Virus record (IMG/VR): IMGVR_UViG_3300008120_000183
Location: 1 to 53,561 of that record
Strand: one strand, 5' to 3'
Length of the DNA stretch: 53,561 bases
Source: a virus
Lineage: Duplodnaviria; Caudoviricetes
Both the position numbers and the translations under genes were made by a program. This document shows, piece after piece, positions 26,774 to 38,542 of this stretch (positions within the stretch are counted from its first letter, which is position 1; every line of letters begins with the position of its first letter). The notes under the pieces are model-generated. The model made no database searches. It was not told the origin of the DNA and was given only the letters and a program-made list of their open reading frames with translations.

Positions 26774-27660
26774 TGGCAGAAGTTTGTGGTAATATTACCC
26801 CCCAAGAAGAAAATGATTTAATATCAAAACTTCTTCCAACTTTAGACGGTATAGTTAAGTTGGTAGCTCTTTTATACTCAAAAATTGAAGAAGTCAAAAT
26901 TAAGTATCTTGCTACTCTTGATGAACTCTACTCCCAAATTTCAGATGCTTGCATACCTCCGGGTTCTTTAGATAATCTTATTTTGGTTAGGAATAATGTG
27001 GTAGTAGGACTTAATAACTTGTTTAGTAAGATAAACAGAGTATCAAACGCTATATCCGGGGTTGATGTTTTTTTAAGAGTTATATTAAGACTTATAACAA
27101 TATTTGGTGGAGTTATAACAGTTGCTACTTTAATTAGATTAGTTCCTACCCTAATTCCGATCCCCGAACCTATATCTCGTCGTTTAGCAGCTACTACAGA
27201 CTTAACACAAGATATTATTAAAAAAATCCAATTCTCCCCAAAAGGAGAACAACGTTTAGTCCCTCTAATAGGAGCAGTAGGATCATCAGTTATTGCAGTA
27301 GGATTACTTGTTAATACTTTAAAAAATTTTATTTGTAAGTTGAATGGTCTAGATTCTAGAATAAAAGAATGTGGGGGAGACCCCAATCTTCTTGTCCCAG
27401 TTTCACCCGAAATAATAGAATTTGTAGAAGAAGCGGAGCAAAGTGATCAACAAAGTGTAATCGAAACTACTTATAAAGGGTTTATATTTGAAATAGAAGA
27501 AGTATCTTTTTCACCTACTGTAAAAAGAAAAAGAGCTTTAGCTAAAAATCAAAGTGGAATTACTTTACTCCAAACTGAGTTGTCTTTTACTACTACCCCT
27601 GATATTTTAATTCAGGAACTAAAATTTGTAATAGATAGGGATAATTTAAGAGCAAACTAA
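26773..27660 (+). CDS. Hypothetical protein with hydrophobic segments
   Basis: Coupled in the structural operon. Confidence 0.55.
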   Translation: MAEVCGNITPQEENDLISKLLPTLDGIVKLVALLYSKIEEVKIKYLATLDELYSQISDACIPPGSLDNLILVRNNVVVGLNNLFSKINRVSNAISGVDVFLRVILRLITIFGGVITVATLIRLVPTLIPIPEPISRRLAATTDLTQDIIKKIQFSPKGEQRLVPLIGAVGSSVIAVGLLVNTLKNFICKLNGLDSRIKECGGDPNLLVPVSPEIIEFVEEAEQSDQQSVIETTYKGFIFEIEEVSFSPTVKRKRALAKNQSGITLLQTELSFTTTPDILIQELKFVIDRDNLRAN

Positions 27661-27675
27661 TTAGATATTTATCAG

Positions 27676-28005
27676 ATGATGAAACAAAATGCGTTAAAAT
27701 TGTTAATTAAACAGGCAGTTAAGGAAGCAATTCAAGAAGAATTAAAAGATATTTTACTTGAAGCGGTGCGTTCTCCTAAACAAACAATTGTAGAACATGT
27801 TCAACCTTCTTCTCAGGCAGTAGGTTCTCCTATGAATACTCAAGATAGAAGAGCAGTCTTCCAAAACATTCTAGGAGATATGCAGAACCAATTCACCACC
27901 CAGCATCTTCCTCAAACTTTTAACCCACAAGGGGCATTACCTGGTGGAGATTTACCCCCCGGAGAAGTTGACATATCCCAAATTATGGGTTTAATGAGTA
28001 AATAA
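27676..28005 (+). CDS. Hypothetical late protein
   Basis: LKLLIKQAVKEAIQEE leader; ATATTTAT at 27665. Confidence 0.6.
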   Translation: MMKQNALKLLIKQAVKEAIQEELKDILLEAVRSPKQTIVEHVQPSSQAVGSPMNTQDRRAVFQNILGDMQNQFTTQHLPQTFNPQGALPGGDLPPGEVDISQIMGLMSK

Positions 28006-28427
28006 TGGCAATAAAACAGGCTAATATATTCCCTATAGATCTTCAGCCACGAAATGCGGTAGGGATTGCCTTTCCTTTTTCAAGTTTTGCCGTATCAGGA
28101 TCTACACCTTTTAAGTTAAATTATACTACTCGAGATCAAATTAAATCTAATTTAATAGTTTATTTTTCAACTAATAAAGGAGAACGTCCTTTAAATCCTA
28201 GTTATGGGGGAGGATTAAAAAATGTACTATTTGAACAACTTTCAAGTAATACTCTAGAAGTAGTAGATAAAATCATAAGAGACGAATTAGCAGCTCAATT
28301 TCCTGAAGTTCAATTAAAAAAACTTGAAATACTTGAATCTCCGGATGAGAATGCTATGACAGTAGTTATGTCATATACTGTATTAAATGGTGAACCTGAT
28401 ACTTTAGCTATAAATTTTAACGTATAA
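28005..28427 (+). CDS. Baseplate wedge / sheath initiator (gp25/GPW family)
   Basis: QIKSNL..YFSTNKGERPLNPSYGGGL..LFE. Confidence 0.88.
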   Translation: MAIKQANIFPIDLQPRNAVGIAFPFSSFAVSGSTPFKLNYTTRDQIKSNLIVYFSTNKGERPLNPSYGGGLKNVLFEQLSSNTLEVVDKIIRDELAAQFPEVQLKKLEILESPDENAMTVVMSYTVLNGEPDTLAINFNV

Positions 28428-30304
28428 TGGCAGATACTAAAATAAATAGGGATATAAAATATATTAATAGGGATTTCGACTCATTAAGAAATGCTCTTAT
28501 TCAATATTCTAGAACATATTTCCCCACAACCTATAATGATTTTAGCCCCAACTCTCCAGGATCTTTATTCATGGAGATGGCAGCTTATGTAGGAGATGTA
28601 TTATCTTTTTACTTAGATAATCAAGTCCAAGAAACCTTTCTTCAATATGCTAGACAAGAACCTAATTTATATGAATTAGCATATATGATGGGGTATGTTC
28701 CTAAAGCAACAGGGGTTGCAATAGTAGATATTGACTTTTACCAACAGATCCCTGCTAAATTAGAAGGGGGGGTTTATGTTCCCGATTATAATTATGCTCT
28801 ACTTATTGCTGAGAATACAGTAGTCAATTCTACTCTGGGTAATTCTACCCAGTTTTTAATTCAAGACTCTTTAGACTTTTCTTTCTCTTCTTCCTTAGAC
28901 CCCACAGAAGTATCTGTTTATTCTACATCAGGAGGAGACGCTCAATATTTCTTACTTAAGAAAACAAGAAAAGCTATCTCAGCTACTATAAAAACAACAA
29001 CATTTACTTTTGGTGGAGTAACAAAATATCCTACAGTCGCTATAAATGACTTAAATCTTGTAGGAATATTAGATATTACAGATAGTGATGGTAATGTTTG
29101 GACAGAAGTTCCTTATTTAGCTCAGGAAACAGTTTTTGAACCTGTCAAAAATGTAAATCCTTTTGGACCTGATCCAAATACCCAAGCCGATTCTGATGAG
29201 GCCCCCTATTTGTTAAGATTAAAAAAAGTACCTAAAAGATTTGTAACTCGATTTAAATCTAAAACTCAATTAGATATCCAATTTGGGGCCGGGACTAATC
29301 AAAATAATATAGATGAAGTAATAGTGCCTAATCCTGATAATGTGGGTATAGGTCTTCCTTCTACTATTAGCAGATTAACAACGGCTTTTAATCCTTCTAA
29401 CTTTTTATACACAGATACTTACGGAATTGCTCCCTCAGATACTACCTTAACTGTGAGGTATTTAGTAGGAGGAGGAGTAGGGGCTAATGTTGAGGCTAAT
29501 ATTATTAATAATGTAGTATCTTCTACCGTAAGATTCCAAAATGATTCTTTAACAGGAGCCACAGCCCAAAACATATTTGATTCTTTATTAGTAAATAACT
29601 CTACAGCCGCTTCAGGTGGTGAAGATGGTGATAGTATTGAAGAAATAAGAAATAATACTTTAGGTAATTTTGGGGCTCAATTGAGAACAGTAACTCCTGA
29701 GGATTATTTAGTTAGGGTATTAAGTTTACCTCCCCAATTTGGAACAATAGCTAAAGCTTATATCGAGGCCGGAAAACTACAAAATCTTCTACCAGGAGAA
29801 TCTCCTACTGTGTTAGATTTATATGTTTTAAGTTATGATGCCAATAAAAAATTAGCTCTTTCATCACCTACTTTAAAACAAAACTTAGCTACTTATTTAT
29901 CTCAATATAGAACAGTTAATGACTCTATTAAAATTAGAGATGCATTTGTTATAAACATTGGAGTAGATTTTGATCTAATAATATTCCCAGATTATAACAG
30001 TAATGATGTTATTACTAGATGTATCCAAGCCCTTCAGTCTTATTTTAATATAGATAATCAACAAATTAATCAACCTATTCTTTTAAGAGAACTTTATATT
30101 TTATTAGATAGAATTGAAGGAGTACAAACTGTGAGTAATGTTACTATCAGTAATAAGGTAGGAGTAGCTAATGGTTATTCTCAATATGCTTATGATATAA
30201 ATGGGGCTACGTTAAATAATGTTATTTATCCCTCACTAGATCCTTCTATTTTTGAAGTTAAATATCCCAATACCGACATAAGAGGTAGAGCAGTAACACT
30301 ATAA
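28427..30304 (+). CDS. Baseplate wedge subunit (T4 gp6 / baseplate J-like)
   Basis: RDFDSLR..L, NDFS..SPG..FME..AYVGDVLSFYLD, SGGEDGDSIEEIR, RTVTPEDY. Confidence 0.88.
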   Translation: MADTKINRDIKYINRDFDSLRNALIQYSRTYFPTTYNDFSPNSPGSLFMEMAAYVGDVLSFYLDNQVQETFLQYARQEPNLYELAYMMGYVPKATGVAIVDIDFYQQIPAKLEGGVYVPDYNYALLIAENTVVNSTLGNSTQFLIQDSLDFSFSSSLDPTEVSVYSTSGGDAQYFLLKKTRKAISATIKTTTFTFGGVTKYPTVAINDLNLVGILDITDSDGNVWTEVPYLAQETVFEPVKNVNPFGPDPNTQADSDEAPYLLRLKKVPKRFVTRFKSKTQLDIQFGAGTNQNNIDEVIVPNPDNVGIGLPSTISRLTTAFNPSNFLYTDTYGIAPSDTTLTVRYLVGGGVGANVEANIINNVVSSTVRFQNDSLTGATAQNIFDSLLVNNSTAASGGEDGDSIEEIRNNTLGNFGAQLRTVTPEDYLVRVLSLPPQFGTIAKAYIEAGKLQNLLPGESPTVLDLYVLSYDANKKLALSSPTLKQNLATYLSQYRTVNDSIKIRDAFVINIGVDFDLIIFPDYNSNDVITRCIQALQSYFNIDNQQINQPILLRELYILLDRIEGVQTVSNVTISNKVGVANGYSQYAYDINGATLNNVIYPSLDPSIFEVKYPNTDIRGRAVTL

Positions 30305-30308
30305 AACC

Positions 30309-31436
30309 ATGGCAGTATATAAAATATTTCCCACTAAAGACGCTACAATATATTCTAGGTATCCCGCCAAAAATACAGGGTTAGATTCTATTATAGAAGC
30401 TATAGCTGACTTTTCAACTGGTACTGCTCAGGTAAGTAGATATTTAATACAATTTTCTCAAGAAGAGATTGACTCTATCATAGATGACAAAATTAGTGGA
30501 TCCGGGTTTCAGGTTAATTTAAAAAATTATATTGCAAATATAACAAATTTAAATACTGATACTACATTAGAAATATATCCCGTATCTGGTTCTTGGAATA
30601 TGGGTACTGGGAGATTTAATGATGATCCTGAAACAGATAATGGGGTTAGTTGGAAATATAAAACCTACTCAGGGTCAGGTGCTTGGTCTACTTCAGGATT
30701 TGCTAATTATGTAACTGCTTCATATAGCAACACACCTGGAGGAGGTACCTGGTATACTGGGTCTGCTTTAGGATTAAACGTAGTTCAATCAAAGGTTTAT
30801 AATTATAATAGTTCTAAAGATTTAGATGTTAATGTTACTAATACTATAAAAACTTGGTATAGTGCTTCTAATAATTTAGGAGGATTTACCAATGATGGGT
30901 TCATTATAAAACAAAGCTCAGCTGATGAATTTGTTGCTAGTCTTTATAAACAAGCTCACCTCCAATTTTATTCTATAGATACTAATACTATATATCCTCC
31001 TGAGCTTCAGTTTAAGTGGAATGATTTTTCTTATGTTACTTCTTCTGCAATTTCTACAATAAACACCACTCAAATGGTTGTTGCTCTAGATAATAACCCA
31101 GGGGTATTTAGAAGAGAGGAAATTCATAAATTTAGAATAGATGTTAGGCCTGAGTTTCCAACAAGAGTATTTTCTACTTCATCTTTGTATACTCCTTCTT
31201 ATTATCTTCCCCAAACATCATACTATGCTATAAAAGATTTAGATACTAATGAATTTATATTTAATTTCGATGACACTTATACTAAAATAAGTGCAGATAC
31301 TGTAGGGAGTTATTTCACTATATATATGAATGGGTTAGAACCTGAAAGGTATTATCAAATACTACTAAAAGTGGTATTAAATGGGGAAACTATTATATTA
31401 GGAGACAATTATTATTTCAAAATAATTAATGGATGA
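30309..31436 (+). CDS. Virion structural protein
   Basis: KDATIYS..P..NTG, SRYLIQF; structural context. Confidence 0.6.
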   Translation: MAVYKIFPTKDATIYSRYPAKNTGLDSIIEAIADFSTGTAQVSRYLIQFSQEEIDSIIDDKISGSGFQVNLKNYIANITNLNTDTTLEIYPVSGSWNMGTGRFNDDPETDNGVSWKYKTYSGSGAWSTSGFANYVTASYSNTPGGGTWYTGSALGLNVVQSKVYNYNSSKDLDVNVTNTIKTWYSASNNLGGFTNDGFIIKQSSADEFVASLYKQAHLQFYSIDTNTIYPPELQFKWNDFSYVTSSAISTINTTQMVVALDNNPGVFRREEIHKFRIDVRPEFPTRVFSTSSLYTPSYYLPQTSYYAIKDLDTNEFIFNFDDTYTKISADTVGSYFTIYMNGLEPERYYQILLKVVLNGETIILGDNYYFKIING

Positions 31437-31802
31437 ACCAAAGAATTGATCTTAACAGAAAAGTTTATGATAAAGATAAGTATCAAAAAACAATTGATAC
31501 CTCTTTTACTGAGCTCCTACCTCCTCCTCCTCCTGAGGCTGAGGTTGTGACTTTGACAGTTGATCAATTTTTTCAATTATATAATCAGTTATTTTTTAGT
31601 ATACCTAACAGGAATTAACTCTCATAATACTCTTATTCAACAAAGTAGTGAGTATGTGGGAGATGAACAAACTAATGAAGAACTAGAAGCATTAGTCCAG
31701 GAAGTAAATTACTTAAGGGCAGAATTATTAGAAGCTCAACAAGAATTGATAAGAATACAAACGGAACAAGCACAACTCTCTTTAGACAGCATAAATGGCT
31801 AA
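31433..31802 (+). pseudogene. Structural-region gene split by a frameshift near 31608
   Basis: ...QLFFSIP in one frame continues as TGINSHNTLIQQS in the next; the two ORF-track entries join. Confidence 0.65.
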
Positions 31803-34800
31803 CGTAACTGTAAATAAAATCACCACAAACTACTCAGAAGATTATACAGAGCAGGATTTAAAATTAATTCCTGCTATATAATGAAAATAATATTCTTGAG
31901 TATATTAATTATGACTATAGAGACTATACAGTTACTTTAGATTATAATACCAGAAATGGTTCTGTTTCTACAGTAAACGTAGATGTTGAAAAAGATGTAC
32001 TAAAAGCAGGATATGATCAAGGGAATTATTCTATAACTTATAACTTTTTTAGGAATCAGTTATCTTCTTCATTTGATAATCCTTTTTATATTAAACAAAT
32101 CTCTTCAGATAGAACCGAATTAAGGTTAGCTAATAATAATATTAGCAATGAAGAGTTAGAAAGATTAGTAAATGAGTTTAAAACAGAGTTAAATAATTCT
32201 GCTTATTTTGAAGATTTTCAGTTAAATTTTGGTAATAATAATATTTTTATTGCCAACAATATACTCCTTGACACTAGCGTTTCATCGCAATATACAATTT
32301 TAATTAAACTATATGAACCGTTAGAGGGCCAATTCAATGTTAAAGATACATTATGGATAACAATCCAAACTGCTGAGGAGGTTTCCTACCAGGTTGGTTT
32401 TGCTCCTAAAATAGTTCAAACAAAACCTCCTTATCAACTTAAAGGACCTAATTTTGAAATAGCATCTAAAGATATAATTAATAATTCTACTATATATCAA
32501 AATTTAGATTCTTTAACTAATACAATTTTAACTTCATCTTATAATGAATTACAAAATTTATTAGCTCAAAAAGGAATTACAATTAATATAGATTATAGTG
32601 ATTTTAATAATTTTGTATATTTTAGTTCTGCTGAAGAGCGGGTAAGGAATTTTTATTATAAAGTAAGTTTAATTGAAGATTATCAAACAGAAATTGATAT
32701 TTTAGATGGTTTAAATGCTTCTCAAGTATCTTCTAGTTTGGTAATGTTAGAACTTAAAATAAGAGACATTATTCAAAATTTTGATGGGTATGAAACTTAT
32801 CAATACTTCTCCTCAGGCTCTTCAGACATTTATCCTAAATCTAACTCAACTCCCCCCTATAATTTAACATCAACAGGAAGTGCAGGGGTCCTCTCTTGGT
32901 TAGAAACTCAACTCACTTCAGGGTCTAATTATGATTTAGAAAATCCTGATAGGTTAGTAAATACTTTACCTTCGTTTGTAAGGGATGATAGTGATAATGT
33001 TCAATTTTTCCTTTTTATGGATATGGTTGGGCAACATTTTGATAATATTTGGACTTATACAAAAGATTTATCAAATAGATTTGATGCTGATAATAGATTA
33101 AATTATGGTATATCTAAAGATATAGTATCTGATGCTATTAGGAGTATGGGGGTTAACTTGTACCAAAACAACTTCTCGTCAGATGATTTATACTCAGCTT
33201 TACTGGGGGTAAATGGTTCTGGTAGCTTATTGCCTCCTACTGGTTCAGAGGTTATAACTACTTATATTACAGCTTCATCTGATATTACTAAATTAGATGA
33301 TGTAAATAAAGAAATTTATAAAAGAATTTACCACAATTTACCATATCTACTTAAGAAAAAAGGTACAGTTGAAGGTCTTAGAACCTTAATTAATATCTAT
33401 GGCATTCCTGATACTATATTAAGGATATCTGAGTTTGGGGGGAAGGATAAGGATAATTCTAATGATTGGGATTATTTCCAAAATAAATTTAGTTATGCTT
33501 TTAACAGACCCCCTTCATTTTTACCCACAGTTTCTCTAACTACTTCATGGTCTTTAAACCCATCATGGGGGTCAGATAATAATGTCCCAGAGGCAATCTT
33601 TTTAAGACTAAAAACCAGCGGTAGCATCCCCTCTTCAGATACTTATAATAATCTTTTTATAGCAGGTAATGTTTATCTCACTCTAGATTATACCGGATCA
33701 GGATTTACCAGTTCATCTTACTCAGGATCTATTCCTTCTGCTTCTAATGAATATTCTACTATTACTTTATGGAACTCTACTACTAAAATTACAAGTATAG
33801 ATATACCTTATTATGATAATAATTGGTGGGGGGTTAATATAAATAAAAATGGAAACAATTTTACTTTAAAAGCAGCCAATAAAATATATAATGGGAGTGA
33901 TGGATTTAAAATTGGGTTTGTTACTTCTTCTATAGGTGTTAGTGCCGGTGGTAGTACCCAATGGAATAATGCTACTAGTTGTTTTATACCTAAGTCTAAT
34001 TCTACTATAACTTTAGGGGGAAATACTTATGGTTTTAATGACGGGTATTACCAAGAGTTAAGATTTTATAATGTTACTCAAAGTGAAGAAGTCTTTCATG
34101 ACTATGTTATGAATCCTTATTCTATCGAAGGAACAACATATTCTTCCTCAGCAGAAAATTTAGTATTTAGAGCTCCTTTAGGTTCTGATTTGATTACTAC
34201 TTTAGGGACTAGAACATCAACCCACCCTAAAATATCAGGGTCATATATTACTCAATCATTTAGTAATGATAGTTTATATCAAATTACTAATAATTCAACT
34301 TTTTCTAATTTTACTCCTCAAACAGAATTTATATATTATGACCAACCTGCGGTTGGGATAAAAAATCGTATATCGGAAAAGATAAGAATAGAAGATACTA
34401 TTATACCCTCAGGAGATACTCTTACTCCTTATAGAAGTCTTCAACAAAGATATCCTCAAAGTGAAAGTTATACTCGAGATGTAAATTACATTGAAATAGC
34501 ATTTTCTCCACAAAATGAAATTAATGACGACATTAATTCTAGTTTTGGATACTTTAATATAGGGGAATATATCGGAGACCCCCGCCAAATATCGGAATCT
34601 GTCAATTCATATCCTGATTTGGATAAATTACGGGATACTTACTTTGACAAATATTATAAAAATTATAATTGGGTAGACTATATAAGACTTATCAAATATT
34701 TTGATAACTCTTTATTTAAAATGATTAAAGACTTTACTCCTGCAAAGTCTAGTCTTTCAACAGGAGTAGTAATTAAACAACACTTACTTGAAAGAAATAA

Positions 34801-35242
34801 ACAAAGACCTGCTCAAGTTGAAGTTTCCAAACATGATTATAGTGGATCTATAGAATCAGGCTTTATAAGTGGAAGTAGTGGTGGGGTTTATAATGATTTA
34901 AAACTAGTTTCACCTCAAGTAACTCAAAGTTGGGCATATTCTGTTAATACCCAATACGGACCTCAAATTATAACCCAATCTACAGAAGATGAATTTTATA
35001 ATGGAGAATTAAGTGGAAGTAATTTTATTGCTACCGATGGAGAATTAAATGATGAAAACCCTTCAAAATATCCTTCTACCCTAGAAATAAATTATGATAT
35101 TATATTTTATACCGGAAGTGTAACTACCCTTAATGTATTTACAGATCCAGGATCTGCTCCTAAACAAGGAGAAATATATTTATGGTATGATACAGGAAGT
35201 TATATTAGTCCAACCCCTCCCCTTCCTCCTGGGGGGAAATAA
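31795..35242 (+). pseudogene. Large baseplate/tail protein (about 1150 aa), broken near 31875
   Basis: MANVTVNK...LIPA from ATG 31795, then a second frame open from about 31874 to 35242. IYHNLPYLLKKKGTVEGLR is wedge-like. Confidence 0.7.
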
Positions 35243-35254
35243 AAATTATAATTA

Positions 35255-36274
35255 ATGGCATCAGCACCCCCAAATCCTAATTATGGTCAAACTTTCACAA
35301 AAGGGATAAAATACCTAAAAATTAATAGACTAGATAAGGATGGAGAAGATTTTGGTCAAAGGTTGTCTTTAGCAGATAATTTAAGAATTAATTATCCTGA
35401 TATAGGAGTAATCCAATATGATATTTTAACTACTCAACAACAGGGGGATTTTTATTTGTGTGGGGTTATTCCTAGTGAAACCACTTCTTCTTTAAACAAT
35501 ATAAAAAATTATACAGTTAGTTTAGTTAAAAGCCCAGCTTCAGTAACACTAAATAAATTTGAAGCCGTAACTTGGGTAGATGGGCAAGGTGGTGGATTTA
35601 ATGTAAGTAGTGGAAATAGTGGTAATTATTATAATACTACAACTGATGTTTATTCGTTTAATCTTTCAAATGTTCCTACTTATGTTACTTCTAGCTTAAC
35701 AGTTACTTCTGTTACAGGAACTCCACTTTACCTTTCAGTTCTAATACCAACTCAAAATTTATCATCCTGGTATGAAAATCCATTTTCTACTCCTGGGGTT
35801 CAAGTATTAAACCAAATTATAATCGCATCAGGAAATGGAACTTATGAAACCATTAGTTCTATAAATGATATACCGGGGGGTGAATATTACTTTGGGGGGG
35901 TTTTAATTTCTTTTTTAGATGCTTCTGTAACTATAACAGCCGCTTCTGAAAAGATTTCTCAGACCCAGTCTTCTTTTGACTCTCCAGAAATATTAGTTCT
36001 TATAAATCCTGAGGCTGTTAATTTTGACTATTCTGATTATAATGCTATATTAGGAAATGCAACTTCTCCCCAATTTTCAGCTACATATCAAAATATAAGT
36101 TATGATAATGGAACATTAGCTCCTACTAATTTAGATTATATAATAAGTGGTACTGCTGAAAGAGCCTTAATCCAAGATTCAAACTATTCACAAAATTCTT
36201 GGATTAATAGTAGGTATAACGGAACTCGTGTATCTTCTTTAGATTTTAACTCTTATACTAAACTAACAAAATAA
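35255..36274 (+). CDS. Tail/baseplate-associated structural protein
   Basis: S/T/N-rich; structural context. Confidence 0.55.
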   Translation: MASAPPNPNYGQTFTKGIKYLKINRLDKDGEDFGQRLSLADNLRINYPDIGVIQYDILTTQQQGDFYLCGVIPSETTSSLNNIKNYTVSLVKSPASVTLNKFEAVTWVDGQGGGFNVSSGNSGNYYNTTTDVYSFNLSNVPTYVTSSLTVTSVTGTPLYLSVLIPTQNLSSWYENPFSTPGVQVLNQIIIASGNGTYETISSINDIPGGEYYFGGVLISFLDASVTITAASEKISQTQSSFDSPEILVLINPEAVNFDYSDYNAILGNATSPQFSATYQNISYDNGTLAPTNLDYIISGTAERALIQDSNYSQNSWINSRYNGTRVSSLDFNSYTKLTK

Positions 36275-36285
36275 TTTTTTAATTT

Positions 36286-37713
36286 ATGGGTGTTAATCCT
36301 CTAAATACTCTCCCAGCTACTTATAGAATTCCTTCAGAATTTGTTAATGAACCTATAAAGGGAGCATTAGGAGGATTACCTGTAGCCGAACAAACTCAAA
36401 ATTATTTTGTAGTATTTAAACAAGTAGGAGGAACGGGGCCTGAGATTATAGGGGAAACTGCTTATTTTATTACTTATTTAGTTGACTCTCAAGGCAATGT
36501 TAGTAAACCTGCAGAAGACGGAGATGCTTTAAATAATTTAGTACAAAATTTTCCTGTGGGTAGAAATTGTATAGTAAGACAAGATGCTGCTTCTTCTTTA
36601 AATGGTATATTAGCAGGAAAACAAAAAATAAATGCTATAGGAAGACAACTTCCTATATTATACACCCAAACTGGATTTTCTACTGGGAGTTGGTCTAGTG
36701 CTATTTCGTTTAGCTTAGCAGATGGGGGGGTCAATAATATAAACCCAGACAGTGAACTATTAGATTATAGAGGGAATATGACCAAACAAAGTGCTGTGGT
36801 TGGTATTACAGCAGGTAATATAACAGGATATAGTAGTATAACATTTTCCCCAGATGCTTCTGCTGCGGTTTTTAATACCACTAATGGAACCTATATTATA
36901 ACTCCGGATGCTGAGTTAACATCTTTAACTTTTAAAATTAGTTTTAAAGTAACTAACACATTTGGATTTACCAACGTTTTAGGACAAGATTTTAAATTAG
37001 CTTTAAAAGTAGACAATGATAATACAGGATATTCTGAGTTGGCTACTAAAACGTTTTTTGTCCCATCAGAAGAAAGTATAATTGATTCATTTGAATTTAA
37101 AGTTGGTGGATTTACACTAACTAATGATGGTATTGATCCTAAGTTTATAATTAGTTCTCTAACAACTAGTTCGGCTTTAAAATTAGAATGGATAAATTTC
37201 CAAGTTTATGGCCAAAATCCACCCCCTCAAATCCCATCTTCCCCTGCTAGTTCATACTGGAGTACTGGAACGGCATCCCCCTCAGGGCAGTGGTTAACTG
37301 CTTCTTCTTTTATATCAATGAATTATGGTAATACCCAAATTTCATCTTATATAACTGAAGATGCTGAGAGCGGGTTTAATTTATCTCCAATTGTAACTCC
37401 ATTTACACCTCAAGTAGGAGATAGAATTAGATTTGAATATAATAAAGCTAAAGATTATTATATATATGAAGTTATCCCCCCTTCAGAGGATACCCAAAAT
37501 AAATTAAAAATTAGAATTAATGATTTTGTACCTACAGGCACAATATTAAATAATTTTATTCTTCATAGAACCGATTTAAAAGACCCAGCATATATTATAC
37601 TAGATGTAGACAAAGATGATTCTGTAGAAAATACCCAAGATTTTAACGGTATAATCCTTCCAGAATATCCATCAGAAGAATTATTAAAAAATCCTCAGGA
37701 TCTAATCTTTTAA
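36286..37713 (+). CDS. Tail/baseplate-associated structural protein; last 10 codons come from the inverted duplication
   Basis: S/T-rich; LLKNPQDLIF lies within the repeat arm. Confidence 0.55.
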   Translation: MGVNPLNTLPATYRIPSEFVNEPIKGALGGLPVAEQTQNYFVVFKQVGGTGPEIIGETAYFITYLVDSQGNVSKPAEDGDALNNLVQNFPVGRNCIVRQDAASSLNGILAGKQKINAIGRQLPILYTQTGFSTGSWSSAISFSLADGGVNNINPDSELLDYRGNMTKQSAVVGITAGNITGYSSITFSPDASAAVFNTTNGTYIITPDAELTSLTFKISFKVTNTFGFTNVLGQDFKLALKVDNDNTGYSELATKTFFVPSEESIIDSFEFKVGGFTLTNDGIDPKFIISSLTTSSALKLEWINFQVYGQNPPPQIPSSPASSYWSTGTASPSGQWLTASSFISMNYGNTQISSYITEDAESGFNLSPIVTPFTPQVGDRIRFEYNKAKDYYIYEVIPPSEDTQNKLKIRINDFVPTGTILNNFILHRTDLKDPAYIILDVDKDDSVENTQDFNGIILPEYPSEELLKNPQDLIF

Positions 37714-37794
37714 ATGACATATTTTATATTATGATGTTTTAGTAATTGTTACCGGGATTGTTATTCTAGCCCCACTATCTCTACCTACAATTTG
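37681..37794 (-). repeat. 114-bp perfect inverted repeat, left arm
   Basis: Exact reverse complement of 38429..38542. Confidence 0.95.
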
Positions 37795-37837
37795 AAGGTT
37801 ATTTATATTTATAGCCACATATTTATACAAAAATAAA

Positions 37838-38494
37838 ATGGGATTTCTAAACAATTCAGTAGTAACAGTAGATGCTATACTAACCAATAAGGGTAGAGAA
37901 CTCTTAGCTAGAGGAGATGGTTCCTTTAAAATAACCCAGTTTGCTCTATCTGATGATGAGATTGATTATACTTTGTATAATCCTACTCACCCTTCAGGAA
38001 GTTCTTATTATGGACAAGCATTAGAAAACATGCCCCTTTTAGAAGCATTTCCCGAAACTACTCAAAACTTAAGATATAAATTAGTTACTTTACCTAGAGG
38101 AACAGCTAAAATGCCAGTCCTTGATATTGGCCAATTAGCAGTAGTATTAAAACAAGGAGCTTCGATTGCTATTACACCTCAAACTCTTAATTATCTTGGT
38201 AATAATCAAGTTTATGAAAGTAGTGGTTACACAGCTACTATAGCAGACGTAAGAGTATTAAACACATTTAATGGGGTTGGTGTAAATACAGAACAAGCTA
38301 ATCAATTAAATCAAACTCAAACTTTGGGTACTAATGTTTCTAAAACTGTGGTAGGTACTACTATTAATTTAACTGCTACTACAGTTAATACTTTATTTGG
38401 AACTAATTCCCAATTAAATACTACTCTCCAAATTGTAGGTAGAGATAGTGGGGCTAGAATAACAATCCCGGTAACAATTACTAAAACATCATAA
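37838..38494 (+). CDS. Virion structural protein
   Basis: VDAILTNKGRELLA, ITQFALSDDEIDY; two ATATTTAT upstream. Confidence 0.7.
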   Translation: MGFLNNSVVTVDAILTNKGRELLARGDGSFKITQFALSDDEIDYTLYNPTHPSGSSYYGQALENMPLLEAFPETTQNLRYKLVTLPRGTAKMPVLDIGQLAVVLKQGASIAITPQTLNYLGNNQVYESSGYTATIADVRVLNTFNGVGVNTEQANQLNQTQTLGTNVSKTVVGTTINLTATTVNTLFGTNSQLNTTLQIVGRDSGARITIPVTITKTS

Positions 38495-38542
38495 TATAAA
38501 ATATGTCATTTAAAAGATTAGATCCTGAGGATTTTTTAATAA
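38429..38542 (+). repeat. 114-bp perfect inverted repeat, right arm
   Basis: Exact reverse complement of 37681..37794. Confidence 0.95.

Noticed and set aside
31588-31618. Programmed -1 frameshift at A-TTT-TTT
   Set aside because: Joining the two ORFs needs +1 or -2, not -1.
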